Sequence record: SRR20825006_530
DNA: 33,668 nucleotides
Reading direction: 5' to 3' (one strand)
Shown here one piece after another: positions 20,100 through 27,486 of this stretch (positions within the stretch are counted from its first letter, which is position 1; every line of letters starts with the position of its first letter). A program made the position numbers and the translations under genes. The notes under the pieces were generated by a model. That model did no database searches. It saw nothing but the letters and a program-made list of their open reading frames with translations, and had not been told where the DNA came from.

Positions 20100-21724
20100 A
20101 AGGAACTCCTCTTCTCCCGGCCGGAGCGGAGGGCTGCGCCCGCCGGGCGAATATCCTCGAACCGTGGCGCAAGACCCAGAAGCGGCGCGACACGTTCTAT
20201 CATTCGTCCCGCCGCCGGAGCCGCATTGTAGGCCGCCGTGGCGCCGGCCCCTGATCCGGCCTTCGGATCATCGAGGGTCACGATCAGGGCATATTGGGGG
20301 CGATCATAGGGAAAGACAGCCGCAAAGCTCGTGACATTGTGGTCATCATCATACCCGCCAAGGATCGGCTTCTCCGCCGTGCCGGTTTTTCCCGCAACGC
20401 GATACCCGGCAACTTCGGCATTCTTGCCGGTGCCGGTGACGACCGCTTCGCGCATCATCACGTTCACCATTTCAGCCGTCAGAGCAGACATCACTCTTAC
20501 AGGCGCAGGGCGATCCCGATTGTTCATGATCAGGGTCGGCTGAACCCGCTCACCCCCATTCGCAAAGGTCGAAAAGGCAGCCAGGAAAGACATGGGCGAT
20601 ACAGCAATGCCATGCCCATAGGACACGGTAGCAGAATAGAGATCGTCAAACCGCTCGGGCAGGATTGGCGCCGAGCTGCCCGCCAGTTCGATATTCACCC
20701 GCTCCATCAGACCGGCGCGGATCAGGAAATCCTGCTGGCGCCGCGGCCCCAGTTTCTCATTGATCCGGACCGTGCCGATATTGGAGCTCTGGGAAATGAT
20801 GTGCGTGATGTCGGCATCGCCATGGAATGGGTGATCATCCTCAATCCGGAAACCGCGAATTTCCAGCGGGCGGCGCACATCAAACAATTCGGTCGGGTGC
20901 ACCACGCCGGCTTCGAGCGCAGCGGCGACCGTGAAGGGCTTGAAGATGGATCCGAGTTCGTAGACCGCCCCGGTCGCACGATTGAGGCGGGACGGATCCG
21001 ACATCGGAATATCAACTGACCGGTTCGGGTCAAAGGGTGGCCAGCTGGCCATGGCGCGCACTTCGCCGGTTTGCGCATCCAGCAGGATCGCGGCGCCACC
21101 TTCAGCTTCATGCTCGGCAGCGGCGATTGACAGCTCAGCCTCGACCGCTGCCTGCACGCCATTATCGATGGTCAGGCGGACCGGCTCTCCACCGGCGGCC
21201 AGACGTTCATTCTGGCTATACTCAATGCCGCCTGCGCCGAGGCCGTCCACATTCGTGTAGCCCAGCAAATGTCCGGCCAAGGTACCGCGTGGATAGGCAC
21301 GGCGGCTCTCTTCCTCGAAACGCAACCCTTCAAGGCCCAGATCAAACACGGCTTTGCGCTGGCGTGGGGTCAGGCCGCGCTCTACCCAGACAAACTCACG
21401 GGTCTGATCTGACAGGCGCCGGGTCATCTCCGCCACGTCGAGATCCGGCAGGACCGTCGCGAGCGCTTCGGACACTTCGCCGCCATCCCAGATCAGTTTC
21501 GGATTGGCGACAAGCGAGTAGGCGGAGACGGATGTGGCGAGCAGTTCGCCATTGCGATCAACAATATCGGCCCGCACGATGCGCTCAGCCTTCTGACCTG
21601 CCGCATGCGCAGGTGCCGCCCCGCCCGCAAGGGACAGGTAGCCGGCCTTGCCAGCCAGAACGACAAACAGCGCACTGACCGCGAGGCCAGCAAGCCGTGT
21701 CCGGTTCCGGGAGGCTTCGCTCAC
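20096..21724 (-). CDS. ftsI: Division transpeptidase PBP3
   Basis: RADIVDRNG; catalytic SxxK (SIFK), SxN (SSN) and KTGT motifs; position after ftsL. Confidence 0.93.
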   Translation of the reverse strand: MSEASRNRTRLAGLAVSALFVVLAGKAGYLSLAGGAAPAHAAGQKAERIVRADIVDRNGELLATSVSAYSLVANPKLIWDGGEVSEALATVLPDLDVAEMTRRLSDQTREFVWVERGLTPRQRKAVFDLGLEGLRFEEESRRAYPRGTLAGHLLGYTNVDGLGAGGIEYSQNERLAAGGEPVRLTIDNGVQAAVEAELSIAAAEHEAEGGAAILLDAQTGEVRAMASWPPFDPNRSVDIPMSDPSRLNRATGAVYELGSIFKPFTVAAALEAGVVHPTELFDVRRPLEIRGFRIEDDHPFHGDADITHIISQSSNIGTVRINEKLGPRRQQDFLIRAGLMERVNIELAGSSAPILPERFDDLYSATVSYGHGIAVSPMSFLAAFSTFANGGERVQPTLIMNNRDRPAPVRVMSALTAEMVNVMMREAVVTGTGKNAEVAGYRVAGKTGTAEKPILGGYDDDHNVTSFAAVFPYDRPQYALIVTLDDPKAGSGAGATAAYNAAPAAGRMIERVAPLLGLAPRFEDIRPAGAALRSGREKRSSL

Positions 21725-22062
21725 TCGGGCACCTCCCCGTTCTCGGTGGATGCAGGCGCCGGGACGCTCAGGCTGTTGGGCTTGCCAACCAGTGCATCCA
21801 GATCCCCCTCGGAAGCCATCTGCTCCGGCTTGGGCGGTGCCATACCCAGTTCGGTGCGGGCATATTCCTCAATCCATTCGCGGCGGCTCATGTGCGACAG
21901 CTCGGTTTCCAGCAGCGCCTTTTCCTGGCGCGCCTCCTCGATCTGCGCCTCAACCGCCATCAGCTCAGCCGCGGTGTCCTTGGCGCCATATTTGGCACGA
22001 TAGAGGCTGACAATCAGCAGGCCGACAACGACCAATCCAAACAGAAATGCGCGGCGGCTCAT
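21721..22062 (-). CDS. ftsL: Cell division protein FtsL
   Basis: Short protein with one TM followed by a coiled coil, located between rsmH and ftsI. Confidence 0.85.
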   Translation of the reverse strand: MSRRAFLFGLVVVGLLIVSLYRAKYGAKDTAAELMAVEAQIEEARQEKALLETELSHMSRREWIEEYARTELGMAPPKPEQMASEGDLDALVGKPNSLSVPAPASTENGEVPE

Positions 22063-23081
22063 AGGGCATCCTCCAGGTCTGACAGGGGCGGCAGATTCAT
22101 GCCGTCGCTGGCCTCTTCTTCGATGGCGGGTGCGCTGGTACGGATTGCGGCCCGCAACTTGGCGGAGCGTGCGCGCGGATTGCCTTCAACTTCGTTATCA
22201 GACGGCAGAACCGCCTTGGAAACAGCCAGCTCGAACGTGGAGTCGGGGCCTTTCTGCGCAACCGGCAAATGACGCGATCCGCCGCCCATCTTGCCGGCAC
22301 GGTTCTTCAACCACTGTTTCACCATACGGTCTTCCAGCGAGTGGAAGGCCACGATCACGAGACGGCCGCCCGGACGCAGCAGGCGTTCGGCAGCGTGCAG
22401 CGCACGGGCCAACTCTCCCAGCTCATCGTTCACATACATGCGGATGGCCTGAAACGTCAGCGTCGCCGGGTGAATACGCGCGCCCTTGCGCCCGCCCACG
22501 GCCTTTTCAACCGCATCGGCCAGTTCGGTGGTTGTCTCGAACGGCGTGTCATCACGGTGCAGCACAATCGCCCGGGCAATCCGGCGTGCCTGGCGCTCTT
22601 CGCCAAGACGGAAGATGATGTTCGCGAGGTCGCGCTCACTCATCATATTGACCACATCCGCCGCCGTTGGGCCTGTATCGCCCATGCGCATGTCCAGTGG
22701 ACCATGCTTCATGAAGGAAAAACCGCGCGCAGCCTGGTCAATCTGGAAACTGGAAACACCGATGTCGAGCACAACGCCGTCAACATGTTCATATCCCGCC
22801 GCACGGACGATGTCGTCCATTTCGCCGAAGCGACCGAGCAAGGGTACGAGACGTTCCGTCTTTTCCGCCATCTTCCGGGCGCGCGCAATGGCATCCACAT
22901 CGCGATCAATGCCAATCAGGGTGCATTTGGAAGACCCAAGAATGGCGCGGCTATAACCGCCGCCGCCAAACGTGCCGTCAACAATGATCTCCCCATCCCT
23001 GGGGGCGAGCCATTCCAGCACTTCATCCAGCATGACCGGTTTGTGGCCAGGGTCGGGAGCGAGGGGCGCGTCCTGTGTCAT
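22059..23081 (-). CDS. rsmH: 16S rRNA m4C1402 methyltransferase
   Basis: HKPVMLDEV, DGTFGGGGYS, DIGVSSFQID, GPLDMRM, FHSLEDR, NPRARSAKLR. Confidence 0.97.
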   Translation of the reverse strand: MTQDAPLAPDPGHKPVMLDEVLEWLAPRDGEIIVDGTFGGGGYSRAILGSSKCTLIGIDRDVDAIARARKMAEKTERLVPLLGRFGEMDDIVRAAGYEHVDGVVLDIGVSSFQIDQAARGFSFMKHGPLDMRMGDTGPTAADVVNMMSERDLANIIFRLGEERQARRIARAIVLHRDDTPFETTTELADAVEKAVGGRKGARIHPATLTFQAIRMYVNDELGELARALHAAERLLRPGGRLVIVAFHSLEDRMVKQWLKNRAGKMGGGSRHLPVAQKGPDSTFELAVSKAVLPSDNEVEGNPRARSAKLRAAIRTSAPAIEEEASDGMNLPPLSDLEDAL

Positions 23082-23593
23082 CAGCTGTCGCCCCCATCCA
23101 CGAGTTTCAGGGCGGCATTCCCCGAAGCCTGCTGGTGCAGCACTTCGGAATAGGCATGCCCGAGCGCTTCCAGCGTGTCTTCTTTCGCAGCCTCGGCGGC
23201 CATGGCGTCGAAATGTTCAGCATGGCGATCCGGGTTCCATATCTGGAAACTGTCCATATTGCCCGCGAATTTGACGCGATCGGTCAGGTTTGCCGCCTTC
23301 ATCAACTCGTCAGACAGTTTGATGCGGCCGGTATCGTCCATCTTCAGGTCGGCAGAGCCTGCGATGATGCGTGTGACTAGGGCCTTGCGGGCGGGGGAGT
23401 GCGGGGCGAGCCGGGTCAGCGTCGCCCGATACATTGCCATCAGGGCCTCACCGCCGCCTTCCAGGCAACCGGATCCGTCGAGCGCCGACCAGAGGAAAAT
23501 CCGGTTTCCACCGCCCAGCGCAGCGCGAAAGGAAGCGGGTATGGAAACCCGACCCTTTGCATCAATAGCGCTTTCATAGGTGGAAACGAACAC
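23081..23593 (-). CDS. mraZ: Division/cell wall cluster transcriptional regulator MraZ
   Basis: Two DxxGR motifs (DAKGRVSIPASFR, DDTGRIKL). Probable GTG start at 23593; first gene of the dcw cluster. Confidence 0.92.
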   Translation of the reverse strand: MFVSTYESAIDAKGRVSIPASFRAALGGGNRIFLWSALDGSGCLEGGGEALMAMYRATLTRLAPHSPARKALVTRIIAGSADLKMDDTGRIKLSDELMKAANLTDRVKFAGNMDSFQIWNPDRHAEHFDAMAAEAAKEDTLEALGHAYSEVLHQQASGNAALKLVDGGDS

Positions 23594-23632
23594 CCGCCAA
23601 CCCTGACTTTGTCTGCCTAAACCCCGCATGGG

Positions 23633-23648
23633 TAAACCATGTCTTAAC
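23633..23648. promoter_or_regulatory. CtrA-like box upstream of mraZ
   Basis: TAAA-CCATGTC-TTAAC, one mismatch to TTAA-N7-TTAAC. Confidence 0.6.
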
Positions 23649-23658
23649 GTGGAGTATC

Positions 23659-23683
23659 ATGGGACAGTATGGGCCTCAATGGG
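23659..23683. promoter_or_regulatory. Putative MraZ-binding direct repeats
   Basis: ATGGG at 23659, 23669 and 23679 (exact 10-bp period), with a second pair at 23767 and 23777. E. coli MraZ binds TGGGN repeats with this period. Confidence 0.7.
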
Positions 23684-23950
23684 CACTGTGGATGAATCGA
23701 AATATCCACATCCGTAAATCACCAGAACAAAGATGAAATATTACAGGAACATATCGAAACAGCCGAATGGGCCGAAATGGGCGGCCGGTAATTTTTCTTT
23801 CTGAATCAGGCCGCTGCCCTCCCCTGCTGTGACGTGAAAGGCACGGGGGACGGAACATGTCTTTTTCTGCTGATTTCCACAGCTCGTTTCGGCAGTGCCC
23901 AGTATCTGTTCGTTTCGGCCCCGTATCACTTCGCGAATGCTTCGAATCGC

Positions 23951-23984
23951 AAAAAAAGCCCCGAAGCAATGCTTCGGGGCCTTT
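23951..23984 (-). terminator. Rho-independent terminator after ahpD
   Basis: GCCCCGAAGCA / TGCTTCGGGGC inverted repeat (23958-23980) followed by T7 on the minus strand. Confidence 0.9.
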
Positions 23985-24013
23985 CCATGGGTCTTGGAAC
24001 ATTCGCCGCGCAA

Positions 24014-24547
24014 CTAGCCGGCCGTGACCGCCTCAGCAGCCAGCACGCGGGCGACTGCATTGACCACAGCGCCGATGCGGATGCCCGCCTGGATCTGCTC
24101 GGTCGACAAGCCGTGCTTGCGCAATTCGGCTTCATGCGCATCGAGACACATGCCGCAGCCATTCACGGCGGACACACCAAGGGAATAAAGCTCGAAGTCC
24201 GCTTTCTCGATTCCCGGCGCACCGATCACGTTCATGCGCAGCTTGGCTGGCAAGGTCTGGTACGTCGAATTGCTGATCAGGTGGATCGACCGGTAATAGA
24301 CATTGTTCATGCCCATGATCGCGCTGGCAGCTTTCGCAGCCTTGATCGCTTCGGGGCTCAGCTTTCCGTCCGCTTCCGCTTCCAGCGCCGTCAGCGTCTG
24401 GGGTTCACCCACAGCATGGGCACAGGCGAGGAAACAGCCATATTTCTGTTGGTCGCTCAACAGGGTCTCGTTCATCAGCGAGCCGAGATTGAGCTTCAGA
24501 TCCTTCGCATAGTCAGGCAGCGAAGATTTCAGGGACTCGATAGACAT
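24014..24547 (-). CDS. ahpD: Alkyl hydroperoxide reductase AhpD
   Basis: LPDYAKDLKLNL, MGMNNVYYR and SAVNGCGMCLDAH (CxxC) motifs. Confidence 0.95.
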   Translation of the reverse strand: MSIESLKSSLPDYAKDLKLNLGSLMNETLLSDQQKYGCFLACAHAVGEPQTLTALEAEADGKLSPEAIKAAKAASAIMGMNNVYYRSIHLISNSTYQTLPAKLRMNVIGAPGIEKADFELYSLGVSAVNGCGMCLDAHEAELRKHGLSTEQIQAGIRIGAVVNAVARVLAAEAVTAG

Positions 24548-24566
24548 GAATCCTCATCCTTCCGGA

Positions 24567-24769
24567 ATTCGTTGTTTTGATGGGGTGGGGAGCGAATGGG
24601 TCCGACAAGCCTTGCAGGCTAGAGGGGTGGGAGTGCCAACGTCCGGAACTGGGTGGACGGAAGGCCTGCCGGACCTTTCGCGACGCTGAAGGGAAGATGC
24701 CTCATGGGTGGGGGAGGGAGTGAGACATCTTCCCGGAAGTTTCAGCGTTGCGCTCTATCTATGCGCAAC
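24567..24769 (-). ncRNA. Candidate structured RNA element between ahpC and ahpD with CCACCC-containing loops
   Basis: 14-bp and 15-bp stems with G-U pairs on the minus strand and four C-rich loops (see findings). Function and family unassigned. Confidence 0.5.
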
Positions 24770-25330
24770 CTAGGCAGCTGGTTCCAAAATATCTCCGCCA
24801 ACCGGACGATTACATGGGCACAGCTCATCGGTCTGCAGGGCATCCAGCACGCGGAGCGTGTCTGCAGGGCTGCGGCCGACGTTCAGATTGGTCACATAAA
24901 CGTGCTGAATCACGTTGTGCGGGTCGACAACATATGTCGCGCGATAGGCAACGCCTTCAGACGGCTCACGCACGCCAAGACCGTCAACCAGCTCACCGCG
25001 GGTGTCCGCAAACTGCCAGATCGGCAGCTCTGCGAGGTCTGCGTGGTCGCGGCGCCATGCCAGCTTCACGAACTCGTTGTCGGTGGACCCGCCGAGCACA
25101 ACCGCGTCGCGGTCTTCGAAGTCGCCGGACAGGCGGGCGAATTCAGCGATTTCAGTTGGGCAAACGAAGGTGAAGTCTTTCGGGTAGAAGAAGATGACTT
25201 TCCATTTACCCTCAAAGGAATCCTGCGTGATGGGCTCGAATGCGCTTTCGCCATTCTGCTCATGCTGCATGAATTTCGGCTTTACGCCCGTGACTGTGAA
25301 CTCGGGAAGCTTTTCGCCAATGCCAAGCAT
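24770..25330 (-). CDS. ahpC: Peroxiredoxin AhpC (AhpD-coupled type)
   Basis: FFYPKDFTFVCPTEI and C-terminal DELCPCN. GGAGA RBS before ATG 25330. Confidence 0.95.
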   Translation of the reverse strand: MLGIGEKLPEFTVTGVKPKFMQHEQNGESAFEPITQDSFEGKWKVIFFYPKDFTFVCPTEIAEFARLSGDFEDRDAVVLGGSTDNEFVKLAWRRDHADLAELPIWQFADTRGELVDGLGVREPSEGVAYRATYVVDPHNVIQHVYVTNLNVGRSPADTLRVLDALQTDELCPCNRPVGGDILEPAA

Positions 25331-25416
25331 AGTGGATCTCCTGGGATAAGATGTTGAGGCTGCCGGAACGGTGGGCCCGGTGGCCGTGCTTTCTCGCAGT
25401 TGCGGCAAAAAGGAAA

Positions 25417-25453
25417 ATTGATAATTCCCATTGCCGGTATAGATTGTCTCTAT
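25417..25453. promoter_or_regulatory. OxyR binding site
   Basis: ATTG-N7-CCAT-N7-ATAG-N7-CTAT has the exact spacing of the ATAG-N7-CTAT-N7-ATAG-N7-CTAT consensus; lies between the divergent ahpC and oxyR genes. Confidence 0.85.
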
Positions 25454-26351
25454 GATTATACCGACCCTTCGCCAACTGCAGTATCTAGTGGCTCTTGGAG
25501 AGACCGGCTCGTTCTCTCGGGCCGCCGAGGCGTGCTATGTGACGCAGCCCACCTTGTCAGCCGGGATCAAGGAATTGGAGGATTTGCTGGGCGTCAAACT
25601 GGCCGAACGCGAACCGCGCGGCGCCAAGCTGACTCATGCCGGAGAGCTGGCGGTGTCGCGCGCCAATGCGCTGATCAATGATGCCCATTCCCTGGTCCAG
25701 TCGGTTCAGAGCGCCGGCGCTCTGCTCACGGGCCCCTTTCATCTCGGCGCGATCCCGACCATCGCGCCCTTCGTCCTGCCAGCGGCAGTCCGCGCCCTCA
25801 GCGAGCAATATCCCCAGCTCAAACTCTACCTGCACGAAGAGAAGACACCGCGCCTGATCGACCAGTTGCGCACGCGCACTCTGGACGCCGCCCTGATTGC
25901 CCTGCCCTGGGACGTTCCGGGCATCGAGATGCTGCCGCTATTCGATGATGAATTCCTGTTTGCCGCGCCCGCTTCACACCCGCTGGCCAAGAAAAACGGC
26001 CTCTCGCCAGAAGACCTGGCGGGCGAGAACCTCCTCCTGCTCGAAGACGGGCACTGCTTGCGCGATCATGCACTCTCCATCTGTCGCATGAAGACCGGCA
26101 ACGGCACTGATCAGGTGGCCGCTACTTCACTCGGAACATTGGTCAACATGATTGCCGGGGGCCTTGGCGTCTCGCTCCTGCCCAAACTCGCCACAGATAA
26201 CGGCCTGAACATCGGACCGGACGTCGCCGTACGCGAATTCGTCAGTCCCGTGGTCGGCCGCCAGATCGGTATCGCCTGGCGCACCGGCAGCCCACGCGAG
26301 GCCGATGCCCGCAAGATCGGTGAAATCGTCAAGGCCGCCACCCGGCACTAG
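25452..26351 (+). CDS. oxyR: Hydrogen peroxide-inducible LysR-family regulator OxyR
   Basis: LysR HTH (TLRQLQY...FSRAAEACYVTQPTLS), GAIPTIAP, redox motif LLEDGHCLRDHALSIC; divergent from ahpC. Confidence 0.95.
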   Translation: MIIPTLRQLQYLVALGETGSFSRAAEACYVTQPTLSAGIKELEDLLGVKLAEREPRGAKLTHAGELAVSRANALINDAHSLVQSVQSAGALLTGPFHLGAIPTIAPFVLPAAVRALSEQYPQLKLYLHEEKTPRLIDQLRTRTLDAALIALPWDVPGIEMLPLFDDEFLFAAPASHPLAKKNGLSPEDLAGENLLLLEDGHCLRDHALSICRMKTGNGTDQVAATSLGTLVNMIAGGLGVSLLPKLATDNGLNIGPDVAVREFVSPVVGRQIGIAWRTGSPREADARKIGEIVKAATRH

Positions 26352-26383
26352 ACCTCTTCCCCTCTGATAATCGGGATTTCATC

Positions 26384-26436
26384 TTGACGGTTCCCGTGGC
26401 CAAGCCTAATCATATAACGCGTTATATAACTGATTA
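26384..26436 (+). promoter_or_regulatory. Promoter and palindromic operator of the MarR-GNAT gene
   Basis: TTGACG (26384-26389) with a -10-like GCCTAATC (26404-26411), and a perfect 16-bp palindrome ATATAACGCGTTATAT (26412-26427). Confidence 0.7.
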
Positions 26437-26448
26437 TGGAATCCCGTG

Positions 26449-27420
26449 ATGAGCCAGGATATTCTCGCACAAGTTGGCTATCTGGGCCTGGCCAGTCGGC
26501 TGAAGCGTCTTGCCGACCGGCTGCAGGCAGAAGCTGTGAGCGTGTTCGACAATCGCGCCTATCCGATCCAGACGACGCACTTTCCCTTGATCGCCGCGCT
26601 TGAGGCCAACGGCCCGCTCAGTGTGAGCGCGGCGGTCGAGGCCACCGGCGTTAGCCAGCCCGCCATCACGCGCATCCACAATGCGCTCCAGAAGATGGGC
26701 CTGACCGACACGCGCCCGATTGAGGGCGACAATCGCCAGAAGGAAATCTTCCTCACGCCGGCCGGGGAAGCGCTGGTGTCCGAAATGCGCGCCAGCTTCT
26801 GGCCCGCCGTTCAGGAGGCCGCCGAGCAACTCTGTCTCTACCCAGACCATGACTTGCTGGCGGAAATCAGCCTCGTGGAATCGCGTCTCGCCGAGCAGCC
26901 CCTGTCGGCGCGGATCGAGACCCTGGCCAATCCTGCGGGCCTGAAGATCGTGGAATTCTCAGACGAACTCGCCCCGCATTTCGACCACATCTCCCGCGAA
27001 TGGGTCGAGGAAATGTTCCGCCTTGAGCCGGAAGACATCGCCATGATCGAAAACCCACGTGCCAAGGTGATCGACAAGGGCGGCACCATCCTGTTCGTCG
27101 AAGATCCGGAACTCGGCATCATTGGCACCTGCGCGCTGATGCCGATGGCGGATGGCAGCGTGGAACTGACCAAGATGGGCGTTCTGGCCTCCGCGCGCGG
27201 CCGTAGGGCCGGAGACTTCCTGATGCGGCAGATTCTGAAGCGCGCCCGCCAGATGGAAATCCAGGATCTCTTCCTGCTGACCAATTCGAAATGCGCGTCG
27301 GCCATCCGGCTCTACGAGAAATACGGCTTCCGGCATGATGACGACATCATGCGCCGCTATGGCCACCGCTATGAGCGCTGCAACGTCACCATGTCCTATG
27401 CGATGCCTGCCCGCTCATAG
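26449..27420 (+). CDS. MarR-type HTH / GNAT acetyltransferase fusion protein
   Basis: N-terminal LASRLKRL...GVSQPAITR...DNRQKEIFLT winged HTH; C-terminal ELTKMGV...ARGRRAG...AIRLYEKYGF GNAT motifs. Confidence 0.9.
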   Translation: MSQDILAQVGYLGLASRLKRLADRLQAEAVSVFDNRAYPIQTTHFPLIAALEANGPLSVSAAVEATGVSQPAITRIHNALQKMGLTDTRPIEGDNRQKEIFLTPAGEALVSEMRASFWPAVQEAAEQLCLYPDHDLLAEISLVESRLAEQPLSARIETLANPAGLKIVEFSDELAPHFDHISREWVEEMFRLEPEDIAMIENPRAKVIDKGGTILFVEDPELGIIGTCALMPMADGSVELTKMGVLASARGRRAGDFLMRQILKRARQMEIQDLFLLTNSKCASAIRLYEKYGFRHDDDIMRRYGHRYERCNVTMSYAMPARS

Positions 27421-27448
27421 AAAAGCCCCGCCGGTGGGGCGGGGCTTT
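27421..27448. terminator. Bidirectional terminator between convergent genes
   Basis: AAAGCCCCGCC-GGTGG-GGCGGGGCTTT. Confidence 0.85.
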
Positions 27449-27486
27449 GTCGCCGATCTGTGCCGGCATCTCCCTTTGGCCTTGGC

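Noticed and set aside
18747-20231. 494-aa plus-strand ORF
   Set aside because: Antisense shadow of murE. The same applies to 10835-11716, 20294-21019 and 22269-23153.
23594-24013. RNase P RNA gene (often upstream of mraZ in Alphaproteobacteria)
   Set aside because: I could not find the GAGGAAAGTCC or the 3' CGGCTTA signatures on either strand.
24581-24720. G-runs read as CRISPR repeats, MraZ sites or a plus-strand G-quadruplex
   Set aside because: No regular repeat-spacer period or 10-bp phasing; the runs map to hairpin loops on the transcribed minus strand.
24653-25357. 234-aa plus-strand ORF (and 23834-24580)
   Set aside because: Antisense to ahpC and ahpD; no protein-like motifs.
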